Below are positions 47,478 through 58,350 of a stretch of DNA of 64,000 bases, in pieces. Under the pieces are notes generated by a model. That model was not told where the DNA came from. It was given only the letters and a program-made list of their open reading frames with translations, and did no database searches. Origin of the DNA: Desulfosudaceae bacterium (GTDB taxonomy: Bacteria > Desulfobacterota > Desulfobacteria > Desulfobacterales > Desulfosudaceae). Both the position numbers and the translations under genes were made by a program. Position 1 is the stretch's first letter. Each line of letters starts with the position of its first letter. The stretch is taken from the NCBI GenBank assembly GCA_963674745.2, contig CAXXDV010000003.1, positions 1,120,001-1,184,000 of the forward strand, read 5' to 3'.

Positions 47478-48247
47478 GGGTGTTTGGAATCGGGTGGCCG
47501 GTTGTATTCAAGGCATTTTTGATAAAACGCGTTTATTCGGGTTCCAAAAGGCTGATCGTGTTCTGTGATCAGGTTGATCATTTCCTCCCAGGCGATTTCA
47601 CGGATGAGGATTCTCTGCAGGGTGGGCATGAACCAGTCGGTCAGCCATTTGTCTTTATCCGGATCCTGAAATTCGGACACCCGTTGTTTGACGACATCCA
47701 GGATGATGCCCGGGGACATGTGTTGGGCAAAGACGCCATCTTGAATTTGTGCGGCCGGGGCCAGGACATAAAAACCGATGGCATTGAACTTGTCCGGGGA
47801 AATCCGGGCGCGGTGGATGAGCTCGGCAATGCAGGCCACATTGCGGGCGGCCTGGTTAAAGTATCCGGCGTTCCTGGTGCCGGGTGACAGTTTGCTGAAC
47901 ATTTTGGCCTCGGTAACGATAATGCGGGCGGCGTTTTGTGTGAGCGACAGGTCGCCTTTTTGCTTGGCGCCGATGACAAAATCGCCGATGACACTGTCGG
48001 CGTGTGTCCGGGCTTCGGCCAGTATATCGCCCTTGTACCTGGCCTGGAAGGCGGAGGGGAGGAGGGCTTCGGCATACCATTTGTCGGTGGCGGTAAAGGC
48101 CAGTTCGTGGTTAAGGCCGGGATGGGCGGAAAGCCAGTCCAGGACCAGGCGGAGCATCCAGCCTTCGTTGTAAAGATCGGTGGGCGGGAAGTTGGTGTCC
48201 GGGGTGTCGCATTTTTTCAAAAGGGTTGTGATTTGATCGATGGGCAT
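47474..48247 (-). CDS. Hypothetical protein, possible PD-(D/E)xK fold
   Basis: HADSVIG...VTEAK...NQAAR spacing; stop codon lies inside a REP GTAG. Confidence 0.55.
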   Translation of the reverse strand: MPIDQITTLLKKCDTPDTNFPPTDLYNEGWMLRLVLDWLSAHPGLNHELAFTATDKWYAEALLPSAFQARYKGDILAEARTHADSVIGDFVIGAKQKGDLSLTQNAARIIVTEAKMFSKLSPGTRNAGYFNQAARNVACIAELIHRARISPDKFNAIGFYVLAPAAQIQDGVFAQHMSPGIILDVVKQRVSEFQDPDKDKWLTDWFMPTLQRILIREIAWEEMINLITEHDQPFGTRINAFYQKCLEYNRPPDSKHP

Positions 48248-48451
48248 GGGGTCTATAAAGTGGTTATGTGGTTAAGTGATTAAGTGGTTACGTTGTCTTT
48301 GGCATTTCGGCCGGTTTTTCTTTAAATGTTCATTCGTTTTTTATGTACGATAAATTCGGGTTCCGGGTCAAGCCCGGAATGACGGGGCAGGGGCACGGCG
48401 TGCCGTGCCCTTTTGTCAAGGTTCAAGAATGTTCGCAAATGTGGCGGATGT

Positions 48452-48614
48452 TGTAGGGGCGACCGGGGTGGGCGTTCGTGGGGTGTTGTAGGGGCAGGCC
48501 CCCGTGCCTGCCCTGATGAAGGGCAACCACAGGGGGGTGCCCCTACAGGCCGTGCAAAGCGATCATGGGGTTGCCCCTACGGGCCGTGCAAAGCGATCAT
48601 GGGGTTGCCCCTAC
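48452..48614 (-). repeat. GTAG-REP cluster
   Basis: One doublet plus truncated tandem halves. Confidence 0.85.
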
Positions 48615-48651
48615 GGGCCGGGCTGGGCGTTAACGTGAATATTCAAAGATA

Positions 48652-50016
48652 TCAAACGAGTCGGGACAGCATAACCGTGGCCAGGCTTAAGATCAGCAAA
48701 AAGCCGCACATATCGGTAATCGTCGTCAGGATCGGGCCTGAAGCCAGGGCCGGGTCCGCCTTCATCCCTTTCAGAAGCAGGGGCACCATACCGCCGATGG
48801 ACACCGCCACCAGGGTGTTAATGGCCATGGCGCCGGCCACCACCAGTCCCAGGTAAACATTGCCTTTCCAGAGCCAGGCGGCAAACCCCAGCATGACGCC
48901 CAGCACCACGCCGTTGATCAATCCCACGGCCAGTTCCTTAGACCAGACGCGGACGACATCCCGGGGCCGGATCAGCCCCAGGCTCAATTCCCGGATGGAA
49001 ACCGCCACCGCCTGGTTGCCGGAACAGCCGCTCATATCGGAAATAATCGGCAGAAACACGGCCAAAGCGATGACGGCCGTCAGCGTGTCCTGATAAGCGG
49101 CGATAACGCTGGCTGCCAGAATGTTCAGCACAATATTGATGCTGAGCCAGGAAAGCCGGCGGGATGACCGCCGCCAGATGGACATGGAGCGCAGTTCCTC
49201 GCCGCTGACAATGCCCTGGGATTTCAGATAGTCCCTGTCCGACCGCTCTAACAGGGCTTCATCCACGTCTTCGCGCCGGACCACGCCGATCAACCGCCCC
49301 CGGTCGTCTGTGACCGGCACGCCCATCAGCGGATGCTCCTCGAAAAAATCGCCCAGGGCTGTCAACGGCGTCCTGTCGCTGACCTGCATGGGCTGCCGGA
49401 TCATGATCTCGGCGATGGTCTTGCGGCGGGGCGCCAGCAGCAGGTCACGAAGCCGCAGCACCCCGACCAGCACTTCCTCACGGGTCACAATATAGGTGTA
49501 CTGAACATCATAGTCGGAATACTGTTCGGCATGTCGGCGAAAATCCCGGACCACGTCATCCACCGTGACGTCCTCATAATGGCGGAGATATTCCGTGATC
49601 ATCAAACCGCCGGCCACCTCGGGTGCGTAACGGCTCAGCGCCATGGCGTCCGCCGCGGCCGCCGGTTTCATTTCTTCCAGGATGGCGGCTGCTTCGTCCC
49701 GGTCCATTTCAGACAGAACATCGGCCCGCTCGTTGCTGGGCATCTGTTCCAGGACCTGGGCGGCAACCGACCCCTCCATTTCCGAAAGGATATCGGCGCT
49801 GAAAGATTCGGGAAGTTGTTCTACGATATCGGCCGCGTCTTTTCCATCCAGCAGGGTCAGTACCTGCTGGACATTCTCCGAAGACAGGCGGGAAAAACAC
49901 CGGGCGACTTCCCCGCCCGGTATGTCTTTCAGGTAACCGGATAACTGATCGGCGTCACCGGCGGCAAGAAGCACTTCCACCTGTTCCCAGGGATATTTTT
50001 CTGTTTCGTCGACCAT
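48652..50016 (-). CDS. mgtE: Magnesium transporter MgtE
   Basis: N domain, CBS pair (AGGLM, GVLRLRDLL), FLPII-DMSGCSGNQ, DPALASGPILTTITD. Confidence 0.95.
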   Translation of the reverse strand: MVDETEKYPWEQVEVLLAAGDADQLSGYLKDIPGGEVARCFSRLSSENVQQVLTLLDGKDAADIVEQLPESFSADILSEMEGSVAAQVLEQMPSNERADVLSEMDRDEAAAILEEMKPAAAADAMALSRYAPEVAGGLMITEYLRHYEDVTVDDVVRDFRRHAEQYSDYDVQYTYIVTREEVLVGVLRLRDLLLAPRRKTIAEIMIRQPMQVSDRTPLTALGDFFEEHPLMGVPVTDDRGRLIGVVRREDVDEALLERSDRDYLKSQGIVSGEELRSMSIWRRSSRRLSWLSINIVLNILAASVIAAYQDTLTAVIALAVFLPIISDMSGCSGNQAVAVSIRELSLGLIRPRDVVRVWSKELAVGLINGVVLGVMLGFAAWLWKGNVYLGLVVAGAMAINTLVAVSIGGMVPLLLKGMKADPALASGPILTTITDMCGFLLILSLATVMLSRLV

Positions 50017-50194
50017 ATTTCTCCTTTCAGGCGATTGCCGACCCGTAGCAGCATAATCGCAGCAGTGCTGAGGGGGTTTGGGTGTCAAAAGGGCTGCCTT
50101 GGCTGGTGCTGATCTTACCGGAAAAATGACCGGAGTTCAAAGATTAAGGTTCGATGTTCGAGGTTTGGTTGAGGGTGGGTGTTCGTGGGGTGTT

Positions 50195-50678
50195 GTAGGG
50201 GCAGGCCCCCGTGCCCGCCCTGATGAAGGGCAACCACAGGGGGTTGCCCCTACGGACCGGGGTATGCGTTCATGGATAATGTAGGGGCAGGCCCCCGTGC
50301 CTGCCCTGATGAAGGGCAACCACAGGGGGTTGCCCCTACGGACCGGGGTATGCGTTCATGGATAATGTAGGGGCAGGCCCCCGTGCCTGCCCTGATGAAG
50401 GGCAACCACAGGGGGTTGCCCCTACGGACCGGGGTATGCGTTCATGGATGTTGTAGGGGCAGGCCCCCGTGCCTGCCCGGTGAAGGGCAACCACAGGGGG
50501 TTGCCCCTACGGGCCGGGGTATGCGTTCATGGATAATGTAGGGGCAGGCCCCCGTGCCTGCCCTGATGAAGGGCAACCACAGGGGGTTGCCCCTACGGAC
50601 CGGGGTATGCGTTCGTGGGATGTTGTAGGGGCAGGCCCCCGATTTGTTCACAACCGGGCACGGCACGCCGTGCCCCTA
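50195..50678 (-). repeat. Array of 5-6 GTAG-REP doublets
   Basis: ~86 bp period with linker GGACCGGGGTATGCGTTCATGGATAAT. Confidence 0.95.
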
Positions 50679-50815
50679 CGGGCCCTGGGGAAAACGGGCA
50701 ACCACAGGGGGTGTTCATTCTCTCCTCTTGCGCCAGAGAATCAGCGGGCGTAAACTGGTAATTTGGAAAACGTAAGAAAACATCACCGGGTATTTGCCTG
50801 AAAGGAAGTCGGGGT

Positions 50816-53746
50816 ATGACACAGAGGAAAAAGAGAATACTGAAGACAGCCGGGGTTTGCCTGGTTGTATATTTTATAGCCGTCTTTTTTGTGGTTTCAG
50901 CGGTGGTCACGCGCATGGCACCGGGAAAGCTGGAAGCCTTTCTGGGCCGGCCCGTGGCCGTGGACAAGATCCGGGTCAATCCCCTGACGTTGTCGGTGAC
51001 GGTGAGGGGGCTGGTGATCATGGACAAAAACAAAACCGACCCGTTTGTGCGTTTTGACCGGCTTTATGTGAACGCGGAAGTCTGGTCTTTGGCCCGAAGG
51101 GGGCTGGTGTTAAAAAAGCTGCTGCTGGAAAATCCGGAGATTCATGTGGCGCGTCTGTCCGGCACCACCTTTAATTTTTCGGACCTGATTGGCGGCAAGG
51201 GTGAAGAAAAGACCGGAGAGCCGCCGGCGCCTTCGGAGCCGTTCCGTTTTTATCTGGCCGACCTGGCCGTTGTGAACGGTACCGTGATCTACAGTGACGC
51301 GCCTGCGGGAAAGACCCATACGGTGTCGCCGATTAACTGGCACATCCCGTTTATCTCCAATTTTACCCGGCATCATGAGCGGTTTTCTGAACCGAGATTT
51401 TCCTGTACCGTGGACGGGGCGCTTGTGTCCCTGGATGTAAGTACCAGGCCCTTTCACGACACCATGGAAACCTTAGTGAAACTGGGTCTTTCCAACCTTC
51501 AGCTGTCCCGCTATGTCGACTATGTGCCACCGGAACGGGTCGGATTTCTGGTCGACCGGGGCCGCCTGGATGTTACGGCCGAAGTGTCATTTGAAAAATC
51601 GGGGGACAGGCCGGTGGTCAGTGCCCGGGGGAGGGCGGTGATGGACGACCTGAACATCACCGATAAGGCCGGAACGGACATTTTTACGCTGCCCCGGCTG
51701 GAGGTGGACCTGTTGCCCTCGGTGGTCACGGACAAGCAGGTGCACATCGGGGCCGTGAAGGTTACATCCCCGGTGCTGGCGGTCGTGCGGCAGGCCGACG
51801 GCGCCTTGAACCTGGCCAACCTGGTAACCGGCGGCAAGACTCCGGCCGAAGATGCTGACGGGGTTGATGAGCCGGAAGCGGATTCGGGCAACGGGTTTGT
51901 GGTGGATGTGGACCGATTTTCCCTGGACGGTGCCGCGGTGCGGTTTACCGATTTTAACGTAACCGGGCCGGAAGACGGGCCCGTGGAGAACACGGTCGAC
52001 AACCTGAACGTGACGGTGGCGCCTTTTACCACGGCCCCGGAAAAGGAATCGCGGTTTGACGTGAGCGCGGCCGTCAACAACCGGGCGCCCCTGAACGTAA
52101 AAGGGAGGATGGTCGTAACGCCGTTGGCCGTTGAGAGCGACTTCAGCCTTTCCGATGTGGACCTTGATTGGGGACAGCCCTATCTGCCGGAAAACGTCAA
52201 GCTGGTGATCAACCGGGGGCAGGCGGCCGCGTCCGGGCATCTCTCGCTTGGCACGACCGAAACCGGTCAGATAGCGGCCACGGTTACCGCTGCTGCCGAA
52301 GTGCGGGATTTTGACGCGGCCGGTCCGGAAAAGGACGAACCGTTTCTTCAGTGGAAGGATTTTACGGTTGACGGCGTCAAGGTCTCCCTCGAACCCCTGG
52401 ATGTGAGCGTGGACACGATCGCTTTTAAAGGCATCCGGCAGCAGGTAATGGTGTTTGAAGACGGCGCTACCAACATCGCCCGGATATTTGTCAAGGATGA
52501 AACGCCGGAGCCGGCCCCGACAGAGGAGAAAACCGAAACTTCCGATGCGCCAACAGCGGTGACGCCCGTTCGTATCGGACAATTTCTGATGGACAACACC
52601 GAGCTTCGGTTCACGGACCGGAGCCTGACGCCTTACTATGATACCCGTCTTGCCCTGGCCGACCTGAAGGTGACGGGCCTGACCTCGGAAGACTTCAAGG
52701 CCGCCGAAGTCACGGCCAACGGCACCATCAACGGGTACGCGCCGGTAACGGTTAGCGGTACCATCAATCCCCTGGCCGGCGACCTGTTTGTAGACCTGGG
52801 CGTGAAGGTAGACAACATGGAGATGGCGCCTTTCTCACCCTATACGGGTAAATACGTGGGCCAGGCCATTGAAAAGGGCAAGCTGAACCTGGACCTTGCC
52901 TACAACATCGAGCAGAAGACCCTGAAGGCCGACCATCACATTGTGATGGACCAGTTTACCCTGGGCAAAACCGTAGACAGCCCGGATGCCATGAACCTGC
53001 CCGTGGGCCTGGCCGTGGCCCTGCTCAAGGACCGCAAGGGTGTGATCGACGTGAACCTGCCGGTGTCGGGCCGAATCGACGATCCCGCATTCAAAGTGAC
53101 GCGGATCGTGTTCAAGGCCCTGGGCAACCTGATCATGAAAGCGGCCACTTCGCCCTTCTCGCTGGTGAGCGCGCTGGTGGGCGGCGGCGAGGAAATGCGG
53201 TATATCGCATTTGAACCCGGCCGGTCAAGACCGGGTGAAACCGGTACCGCCAAGCTGGACGGGGTACGAAAACTGATGGTCGAGCGCCCGGCCCTGAAAC
53301 TGGAGATTACCGGATATGCGGATGCCGAAGCCGATCGCCGTGGCCTGGCCGCCGTTGCCCTGGAACGCCGGATCAAGGCCCCGTTCCTGGCAGCGCTCGA
53401 GAAAAAGGGCGAGGCCGGAGATTCGGTGACCCTGGACTCGGTGACGCTGTCACCGGAAGAATACAAACAGGCCCTGGTCAAGCTTTATAAAAACGAAATA
53501 GGGAAAAAGCCGGTTGAGGGCGGGGTAGAAGAGATGGAAGCGGCCCTGGTGACGCGTCTGGCCGCTGATGTCACCGATGCCGACCTGGGCCAGCTGGCCA
53601 AAGAACGGGCCGAAGCGGTTAAAGATTATCTGCTGGCCGGGGGCACCCTTACCGGGGAGCGGGTTTTCCTCAAGGCCCCGGACAACCTGTTTAAGGCGGC
53701 TGAAGGGGGCTTTGCGAACAGTCGCGTGGAGCTGGGGGTGAAATAG
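50816..53746 (+). CDS. DUF748 (AsmA-like) protein with C-terminal OmpA-like domain
   Basis: N-terminal TM anchor, NPLTL, repeated beta-rich segments, LPVGLAVALLKDRKG-ID-NLPV-G, ERAEAVKDYL, RVEL. Confidence 0.85.
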   Translation: MTQRKKRILKTAGVCLVVYFIAVFFVVSAVVTRMAPGKLEAFLGRPVAVDKIRVNPLTLSVTVRGLVIMDKNKTDPFVRFDRLYVNAEVWSLARRGLVLKKLLLENPEIHVARLSGTTFNFSDLIGGKGEEKTGEPPAPSEPFRFYLADLAVVNGTVIYSDAPAGKTHTVSPINWHIPFISNFTRHHERFSEPRFSCTVDGALVSLDVSTRPFHDTMETLVKLGLSNLQLSRYVDYVPPERVGFLVDRGRLDVTAEVSFEKSGDRPVVSARGRAVMDDLNITDKAGTDIFTLPRLEVDLLPSVVTDKQVHIGAVKVTSPVLAVVRQADGALNLANLVTGGKTPAEDADGVDEPEADSGNGFVVDVDRFSLDGAAVRFTDFNVTGPEDGPVENTVDNLNVTVAPFTTAPEKESRFDVSAAVNNRAPLNVKGRMVVTPLAVESDFSLSDVDLDWGQPYLPENVKLVINRGQAAASGHLSLGTTETGQIAATVTAAAEVRDFDAAGPEKDEPFLQWKDFTVDGVKVSLEPLDVSVDTIAFKGIRQQVMVFEDGATNIARIFVKDETPEPAPTEEKTETSDAPTAVTPVRIGQFLMDNTELRFTDRSLTPYYDTRLALADLKVTGLTSEDFKAAEVTANGTINGYAPVTVSGTINPLAGDLFVDLGVKVDNMEMAPFSPYTGKYVGQAIEKGKLNLDLAYNIEQKTLKADHHIVMDQFTLGKTVDSPDAMNLPVGLAVALLKDRKGVIDVNLPVSGRIDDPAFKVTRIVFKALGNLIMKAATSPFSLVSALVGGGEEMRYIAFEPGRSRPGETGTAKLDGVRKLMVERPALKLEITGYADAEADRRGLAAVALERRIKAPFLAALEKKGEAGDSVTLDSVTLSPEEYKQALVKLYKNEIGKKPVEGGVEEMEAALVTRLAADVTDADLGQLAKERAEAVKDYLLAGGTLTGERVFLKAPDNLFKAAEGGFANSRVELGVK

Positions 53747-53850
53747 GTTAAAAAAGAGTTTTAGGGTTTTAAAGTTTCAGAGTGTTAGGGTTCAGGGTTC
53801 AGGGTTCAGGGTTCAGGGTTCAAGGTTCGGGGTAGGGGTAGGGGTAGGGG

Positions 53851-54090
53851 TAGGGGCACGGCGTGCCGTGCCCTTTTGTCAAGGTTCGGGAATATTCGCA
53901 AATGTGGTGGATTTCGTAGGGGCGACCGGCCGGTCGCCCTTTTACACGGGGTGTTGTAGGGGCAGGCCCCGGGCACGGCCCGCCGTGCCCCTACAGACCG
54001 GGGTAGAGGTGTTCATGGGGTGTTGTAGGGGCAGGCCCCCGTGCCTGCCCTGTTGAAGGGCAACCACAGGGGGTTGCCCCTACGGGCCGT
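53851..54090 (-). repeat. Mixed GTAG-REP cluster preceded by AGGGTTC heptamer repeats
   Basis: Several hairpin variants; (AGGGTTC)n at ~53787-53830. Confidence 0.85.
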
Positions 54091-54310
54091 AGGCAGAATG
54101 TCCAACCGCCGGTTGTCCCTACAGGTGTTCGCAATCGGGCACGGCCCGCCGTGCCCTTACGGGCCGATATCAGTTCCCCTAAAATTGATGAATCAGGAAA
54201 AATAATTTATAATCAATAAATTATATAAAATATGATGCAGGCAAAAAGGCAATGAAGTTTCTCATTGCCAATAAAGCTTTTCAGGCCGTCAATTTGGGGA
54301 GGAATTTTTC

Positions 54311-56467
54311 ATGTCAGACAAGAAAGACGCAACCAGACCATTATCTGTTGTTAACATTATCAACGCCGGCACCAACACTGTTGTGATCATGACGCTATTT
54401 TTGCTTTTCGTGAGCACGGTTGCCCGGGCCGACTCTACCGCCTATGGCACAGGCAGTTCCGCCACCGGAACAGACAGTTCCTCTTATGGTTTTAACAGCA
54501 CCGCCACCGGGGACCACAGCAACGCCAGCGGCTCTGAGAGCATCGCCAGCGGTGTAGAAAGCACCGCCTATGGTAGCTTTAGTGCTGCCATCAACACCTG
54601 GAGCACCGCCAATGGTTACAACAGCACCGCCAGCGGTTACAGGAGCACCGCCATCGGTTCCTCGAGCACCGCCAGCGGGTCTTCTTCCGTGGCCCTGGGC
54701 TCCGGCTCCCTCGACGGCGGACAGAACAACGTCGTATCCGTGGGCACGGTCGGCGGTGAACGCCGGATCATCAATGTCGCAACCGGCACCGGCGGCACCG
54801 ACGCGGTCAACCTCAACCAGCTCAATACCACCGCGGCCAACACTCTTGCTTCGGCCAATACGTATGCAGACACCGTCGCGGCCAACACCCTGACCTCGGC
54901 CAATGCCTATACGGACGCCCGCATCGACATCAACAATACCAGTGTTTACGCCGACCCTTCGGCAACCGGTAATGATTCCGTTGCCGTTGGCCCGGGGGCG
55001 ATGGCCAGCGGCTTATTGAGCACGGCTACGGGTGCTTCGAGTCTGGCCGTGGCCGCCGGTACTACCGCCAGTGGGGCGGGCAGTATGGCTTCGGGAGAGA
55101 CCAGTACGGCCTTCGGGGCGATCAGCCAGGCCGTTGGCCAGGGCAGTTCGGCCATCGGCTTTAACAGCGCAGCCATTGGTGACGACAGTACCGCAACGGG
55201 CTTGATCAGTCGTGCCATCGGCAACGCCAGCAGCGCTTACGGCGAAGACAGTCAGGCCAACGGTAATTTCAGTACGGCCGTGGGGGGAAGCAACAGGGCC
55301 AACGGTATCGGCAGTTCCGTCTTCGGGTTTGGCGGCGATGCCGCCGGTGACTACAGCACCGCCCTGGGTTTCAGCACCAGCAGTACCGGCTTGTACTCGG
55401 TGGCCCTGGGTTACGGTTCCGACGACGGCGGGCGGGACAATGTGGTATCCGTTGGATCACTCGGTAATGAACGACGGATCGTCAATGTTACGGCCGGGGT
55501 TGATAACACGGATGCGGTCAATGTCGGCCAGATGAACACCAGCGCGGCCGGTACGCTGGCCTCGGCCAATACCTATACGGACTCGGTTGCCTTTACTTCT
55601 GCGTCAGCAGCTTATTCATACACGGACACGGTCGCGGCCCGGACCCTGACCTCGGCCAATACTTACACGGATACTGTGGGTGCAAATACCCTGGCTTCGG
55701 CCAACGGATACACTGACGATCGTATCGGTGACTTTGTCGATGCCGACAACAGCGGCGGTTATGCCGATCCTCTGGCTACCGGCAGTAACTCCCTGGCCGT
55801 GGGACCGGGTGCGTTGGCTTCGGCGTCCAGCGCCATGGCGGTAGGTGTCAATGCCCGGGCCACGGGCACCAACGCTATTGCCATCGGCACCGGTTCGCAG
55901 GCGACCGGGTCAGTGGCTTTGGGCACCGACGCATCTGCAGCCAACGGCGGTGCGGCCGTGGGTGATTTTTCAACGGCCACAGGAACCGCAAGCGCGGCCC
56001 TGGGTCAGAACGCCGTTGCCACCGGAACCGATTCCGTGGCCATCGGGTCGGATTCCACGGACGACGGGCTTGAGCGGGTGGTCTCGGTGGGGGCCGAAGG
56101 AGCAGAAAGAAGGATCACCCACGTGGCCACGGGCCTGGGTCCCAATGACGCGGTCAACGTTTACCAGGCCCAGGGGCTAGCCGCCGGCGCTCTTTCGTCG
56201 GCCAATGCTTACACCGACGACAAGATCAATGACCTGGACCAGAAAGCCCAGCGGAGCATTGCCGGCGCCATCGCCCTGTCCCGGGCGGTGCTTTCCCTGG
56301 CGCCCGGTGAGTCGGGCGTGGCCATGGGGTTCGGCACATCCCACGGCAAGAGCGCGGTGGCTGTTTCCTTTCAGCACCACACCACAAACAACATCCAACT
56401 CAATCTCGGCACCAGTGTGGCCGGCGGCCATATCCAGGCCGGAGGCGGAATCGGATTGAAGTTTTAG
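54311..56467 (+). CDS. YadA-like trimeric autotransporter adhesin
   Basis: Extended signal peptide, S/T-A-x-G head repeats, three necks (VSVG...RRI-NV...DAVN), SANAYTD stalks, C-terminal anchor ending in F. Confidence 0.92.
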   Translation: MSDKKDATRPLSVVNIINAGTNTVVIMTLFLLFVSTVARADSTAYGTGSSATGTDSSSYGFNSTATGDHSNASGSESIASGVESTAYGSFSAAINTWSTANGYNSTASGYRSTAIGSSSTASGSSSVALGSGSLDGGQNNVVSVGTVGGERRIINVATGTGGTDAVNLNQLNTTAANTLASANTYADTVAANTLTSANAYTDARIDINNTSVYADPSATGNDSVAVGPGAMASGLLSTATGASSLAVAAGTTASGAGSMASGETSTAFGAISQAVGQGSSAIGFNSAAIGDDSTATGLISRAIGNASSAYGEDSQANGNFSTAVGGSNRANGIGSSVFGFGGDAAGDYSTALGFSTSSTGLYSVALGYGSDDGGRDNVVSVGSLGNERRIVNVTAGVDNTDAVNVGQMNTSAAGTLASANTYTDSVAFTSASAAYSYTDTVAARTLTSANTYTDTVGANTLASANGYTDDRIGDFVDADNSGGYADPLATGSNSLAVGPGALASASSAMAVGVNARATGTNAIAIGTGSQATGSVALGTDASAANGGAAVGDFSTATGTASAALGQNAVATGTDSVAIGSDSTDDGLERVVSVGAEGAERRITHVATGLGPNDAVNVYQAQGLAAGALSSANAYTDDKINDLDQKAQRSIAGAIALSRAVLSLAPGESGVAMGFGTSHGKSAVAVSFQHHTTNNIQLNLGTSVAGGHIQAGGGIGLKF

Positions 56468-56495
56468 GGTTTAGGTTCAGGGTTCGGGGTTTGAG

Positions 56496-56936
56496 GTAGG
56501 GGCACGGCGTGCCGTGCCCCTACGGGCCGTGGTAGAGGTGTTCATGGGGTATTGTAGGGGCAGGCCCCCGTGCCTGCCCTGGTGAAGGGCAACCACGGGG
56601 GGTTGCCCCTACGGGCCGTGGGTATGCGTCTATGAAATTGAGGTATGCGTTCATTAATGTTGTAGGGGCAGGCCCCTGTGCCTGCCCTTGTGAAGGGCAA
56701 CCACAGGGGGTTGCCCCTACGGGCCGTGGGTATGCGTCTATGAAATCGAGGTATGCGTTCATTAATGTTGTAGGGGCAGGCCCCTGTGCCTGCCCTTGTG
56801 AAGGGCAACCACAGGGGGTTGCCCCTACGGGCCGTGGGTATGCGTCTATGAAATCGAGGTATGCGTTCATTAATGTTGTAGGGGCAGGCCCCCGTGCCTG
56901 CCCTTGTGATGGGCAACCACAGGGGGTTGCCCCTAC
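56496..56936 (-). repeat. GTAG-REP doublet array with ~108 bp period
   Basis: Longer linker with an internal duplication of GGTATGCGT. Confidence 0.93.
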
Positions 56937-56977
56937 AGACCGGGGAGGGAGTTCATGAACAATGTAGGGGCCGGCAC

Positions 56978-57559
56978 CTAATAATCGGTAAGCTTTTCGA
57001 TGGCGGTGTCGATAAACCTGAGCAGGGTGCCTTTTACGCCGGGGATATCGTCGAGGTCGGCGTTTCTGCTGATGACCGGTTTAACGGCGGGTGTAGCGGG
57101 TTCAAAGGGTTGATTGTCCGTATCATCCGAGCGGGCATCCGGTTGATATTTGGCAAAAACAATGCCGCACTTGATGCAGGAATCGGATTTGGGCTGGCGT
57201 GTTCCGCATTTGGGGCAGGTGGTCTGGTTGCCGGCGGCCCGGGCTGTTTTGATCTCTTTCCATTCCATGTTGTCCAGCCAGAAACCGTTGCAGGTTTTGC
57301 AGGCATCGACCATGGTCATTGTGCCCGGGTAGACGAACTCGTACAGGCCTGTCCGGCAGCGGGGGCATTGGATATCTTCGACCAGGCGGGCGGAAGCGGG
57401 GACGGCCAGGTTTTTTTCCGCGCGCGGGCCCAGTATGCCCTGTAATTCCTTATCGTCAAACCAGATGCCCTTGCAGGTCGGGCAGCGGTCAAGCTCGATG
57501 TTTTTTGATTTTTCAACAGTCGTTTTCAAGGATATGTCTTTACATTTGGGGCATTGCAT
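56978..57559 (-). CDS. zf-TFIIB-like multi zinc-ribbon protein
   Basis: Starts MQCPKC (TAATG overlap with the upstream stop); two DxCxxCxGxWxD units plus CPKCG...CIKCG. Confidence 0.85.
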   Translation of the reverse strand: MQCPKCKDISLKTTVEKSKNIELDRCPTCKGIWFDDKELQGILGPRAEKNLAVPASARLVEDIQCPRCRTGLYEFVYPGTMTMVDACKTCNGFWLDNMEWKEIKTARAAGNQTTCPKCGTRQPKSDSCIKCGIVFAKYQPDARSDDTDNQPFEPATPAVKPVISRNADLDDIPGVKGTLLRFIDTAIEKLTDY

Positions 57560-58350
57560 TACCAACCTCCCGTGGCGCCGCCGCCACCGCTGGAACCGCC
57601 GCCAAAACCGCCCAGTCCGCCGGAACCCCAGCCGCTGCTGGCGCCTTCGGGTAAATGCTTGAGGACCTGCACAAACATGTACAGGGCCGCGAGCAGGAGC
57701 ACGATGGCCAGGCCGATAAAGACATAACCCCAGCCCTTTTTCCCGCTGGCCATAAGGCTTATGCCGATCAGCAAGCAAACGATCGCTGCGACCACCACCC
57801 ATACAATATGCCAGGGAAAGCCGACCCGCATGCCGGCAAATTCTTTCATTATCGCCCGGGTGCCTTCGGTGATGCCGGCGACGTAATCACCATTTTTAAA
57901 TTCGGGAATAATCACTTTATCCATAATCCGTTGGGCGTCACTGTCCCGGGAATAGCCGTAACCGCCGCCAAGCTCGATCCGCGCCTTGCGGTCGTTTCTG
58001 GCGATCAGCAGCAGGATGCCGTCATTGGCCGGCATATTGCCAATACCGTAAGTGTCAAACAGCGCTGTCGCGAATGTTTCAATGGAATGGTTTTCTGTGT
58101 CTGGATAATCTTTTATGGAGTTGAGGATAACCACGATGATTTCGATTCCCGAGCGGGACTCAACCTGCCACAGCCATTTTTCGATCCGCTCTTCTTCATC
58201 ATAGGTTAATAAATCCGCTATATCCGTGACATAACCGGAATCGGGTTCCGGGTAAGGTTCATATTCATTTGCGGCGGCAAAGAGGGGCACGCCGACAAGG
58301 AATAGTGCAAGAACGGCAGCGGCAATGTTATTTTTCAAAAATAATTTCAT
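57559..58350 (-). CDS. TPM domain protein (YgcG-like) with Gly-rich tail
   Basis: YVTDIAD, GIG...DGILLLIA-NDRKARIELG-G, PEFKNGDY, GGFGGGSSGGGGATGGW. Confidence 0.9.
   Translation of the reverse strand: MKLFLKNNIAAAVLALFLVGVPLFAAANEYEPYPEPDSGYVTDIADLLTYDEEERIEKWLWQVESRSGIEIIVVILNSIKDYPDTENHSIETFATALFDTYGIGNMPANDGILLLIARNDRKARIELGGGYGYSRDSDAQRIMDKVIIPEFKNGDYVAGITEGTRAIMKEFAGMRVGFPWHIVWVVVAAIVCLLIGISLMASGKKGWGYVFIGLAIVLLLAALYMFVQVLKHLPEGASSGWGSGGLGGFGGGSSGGGGATGGW

Noticed and set aside
54311..56467. Diversity-generating retroelement TR/VR pair in the internal repeats
   Set aside because: Repeats are ordinary adhesin head/neck/stalk units; no reverse transcriptase and no adenine-specific mismatch pattern seen
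56520..56958. ORFs with repeated VGATPCGCP / GQPQGVAPT / RRGNPPWLP peptides (many across the window)
   Set aside because: Translations of REP arrays, not genes; this includes the apparent N-terminal extension of the GGDEF ORF to 47373
56978..57802. 274 aa ORF as listed
   Set aside because: The first ~80 codons overlap the TPM gene out of frame; the likely start is MQCPKC at 57559
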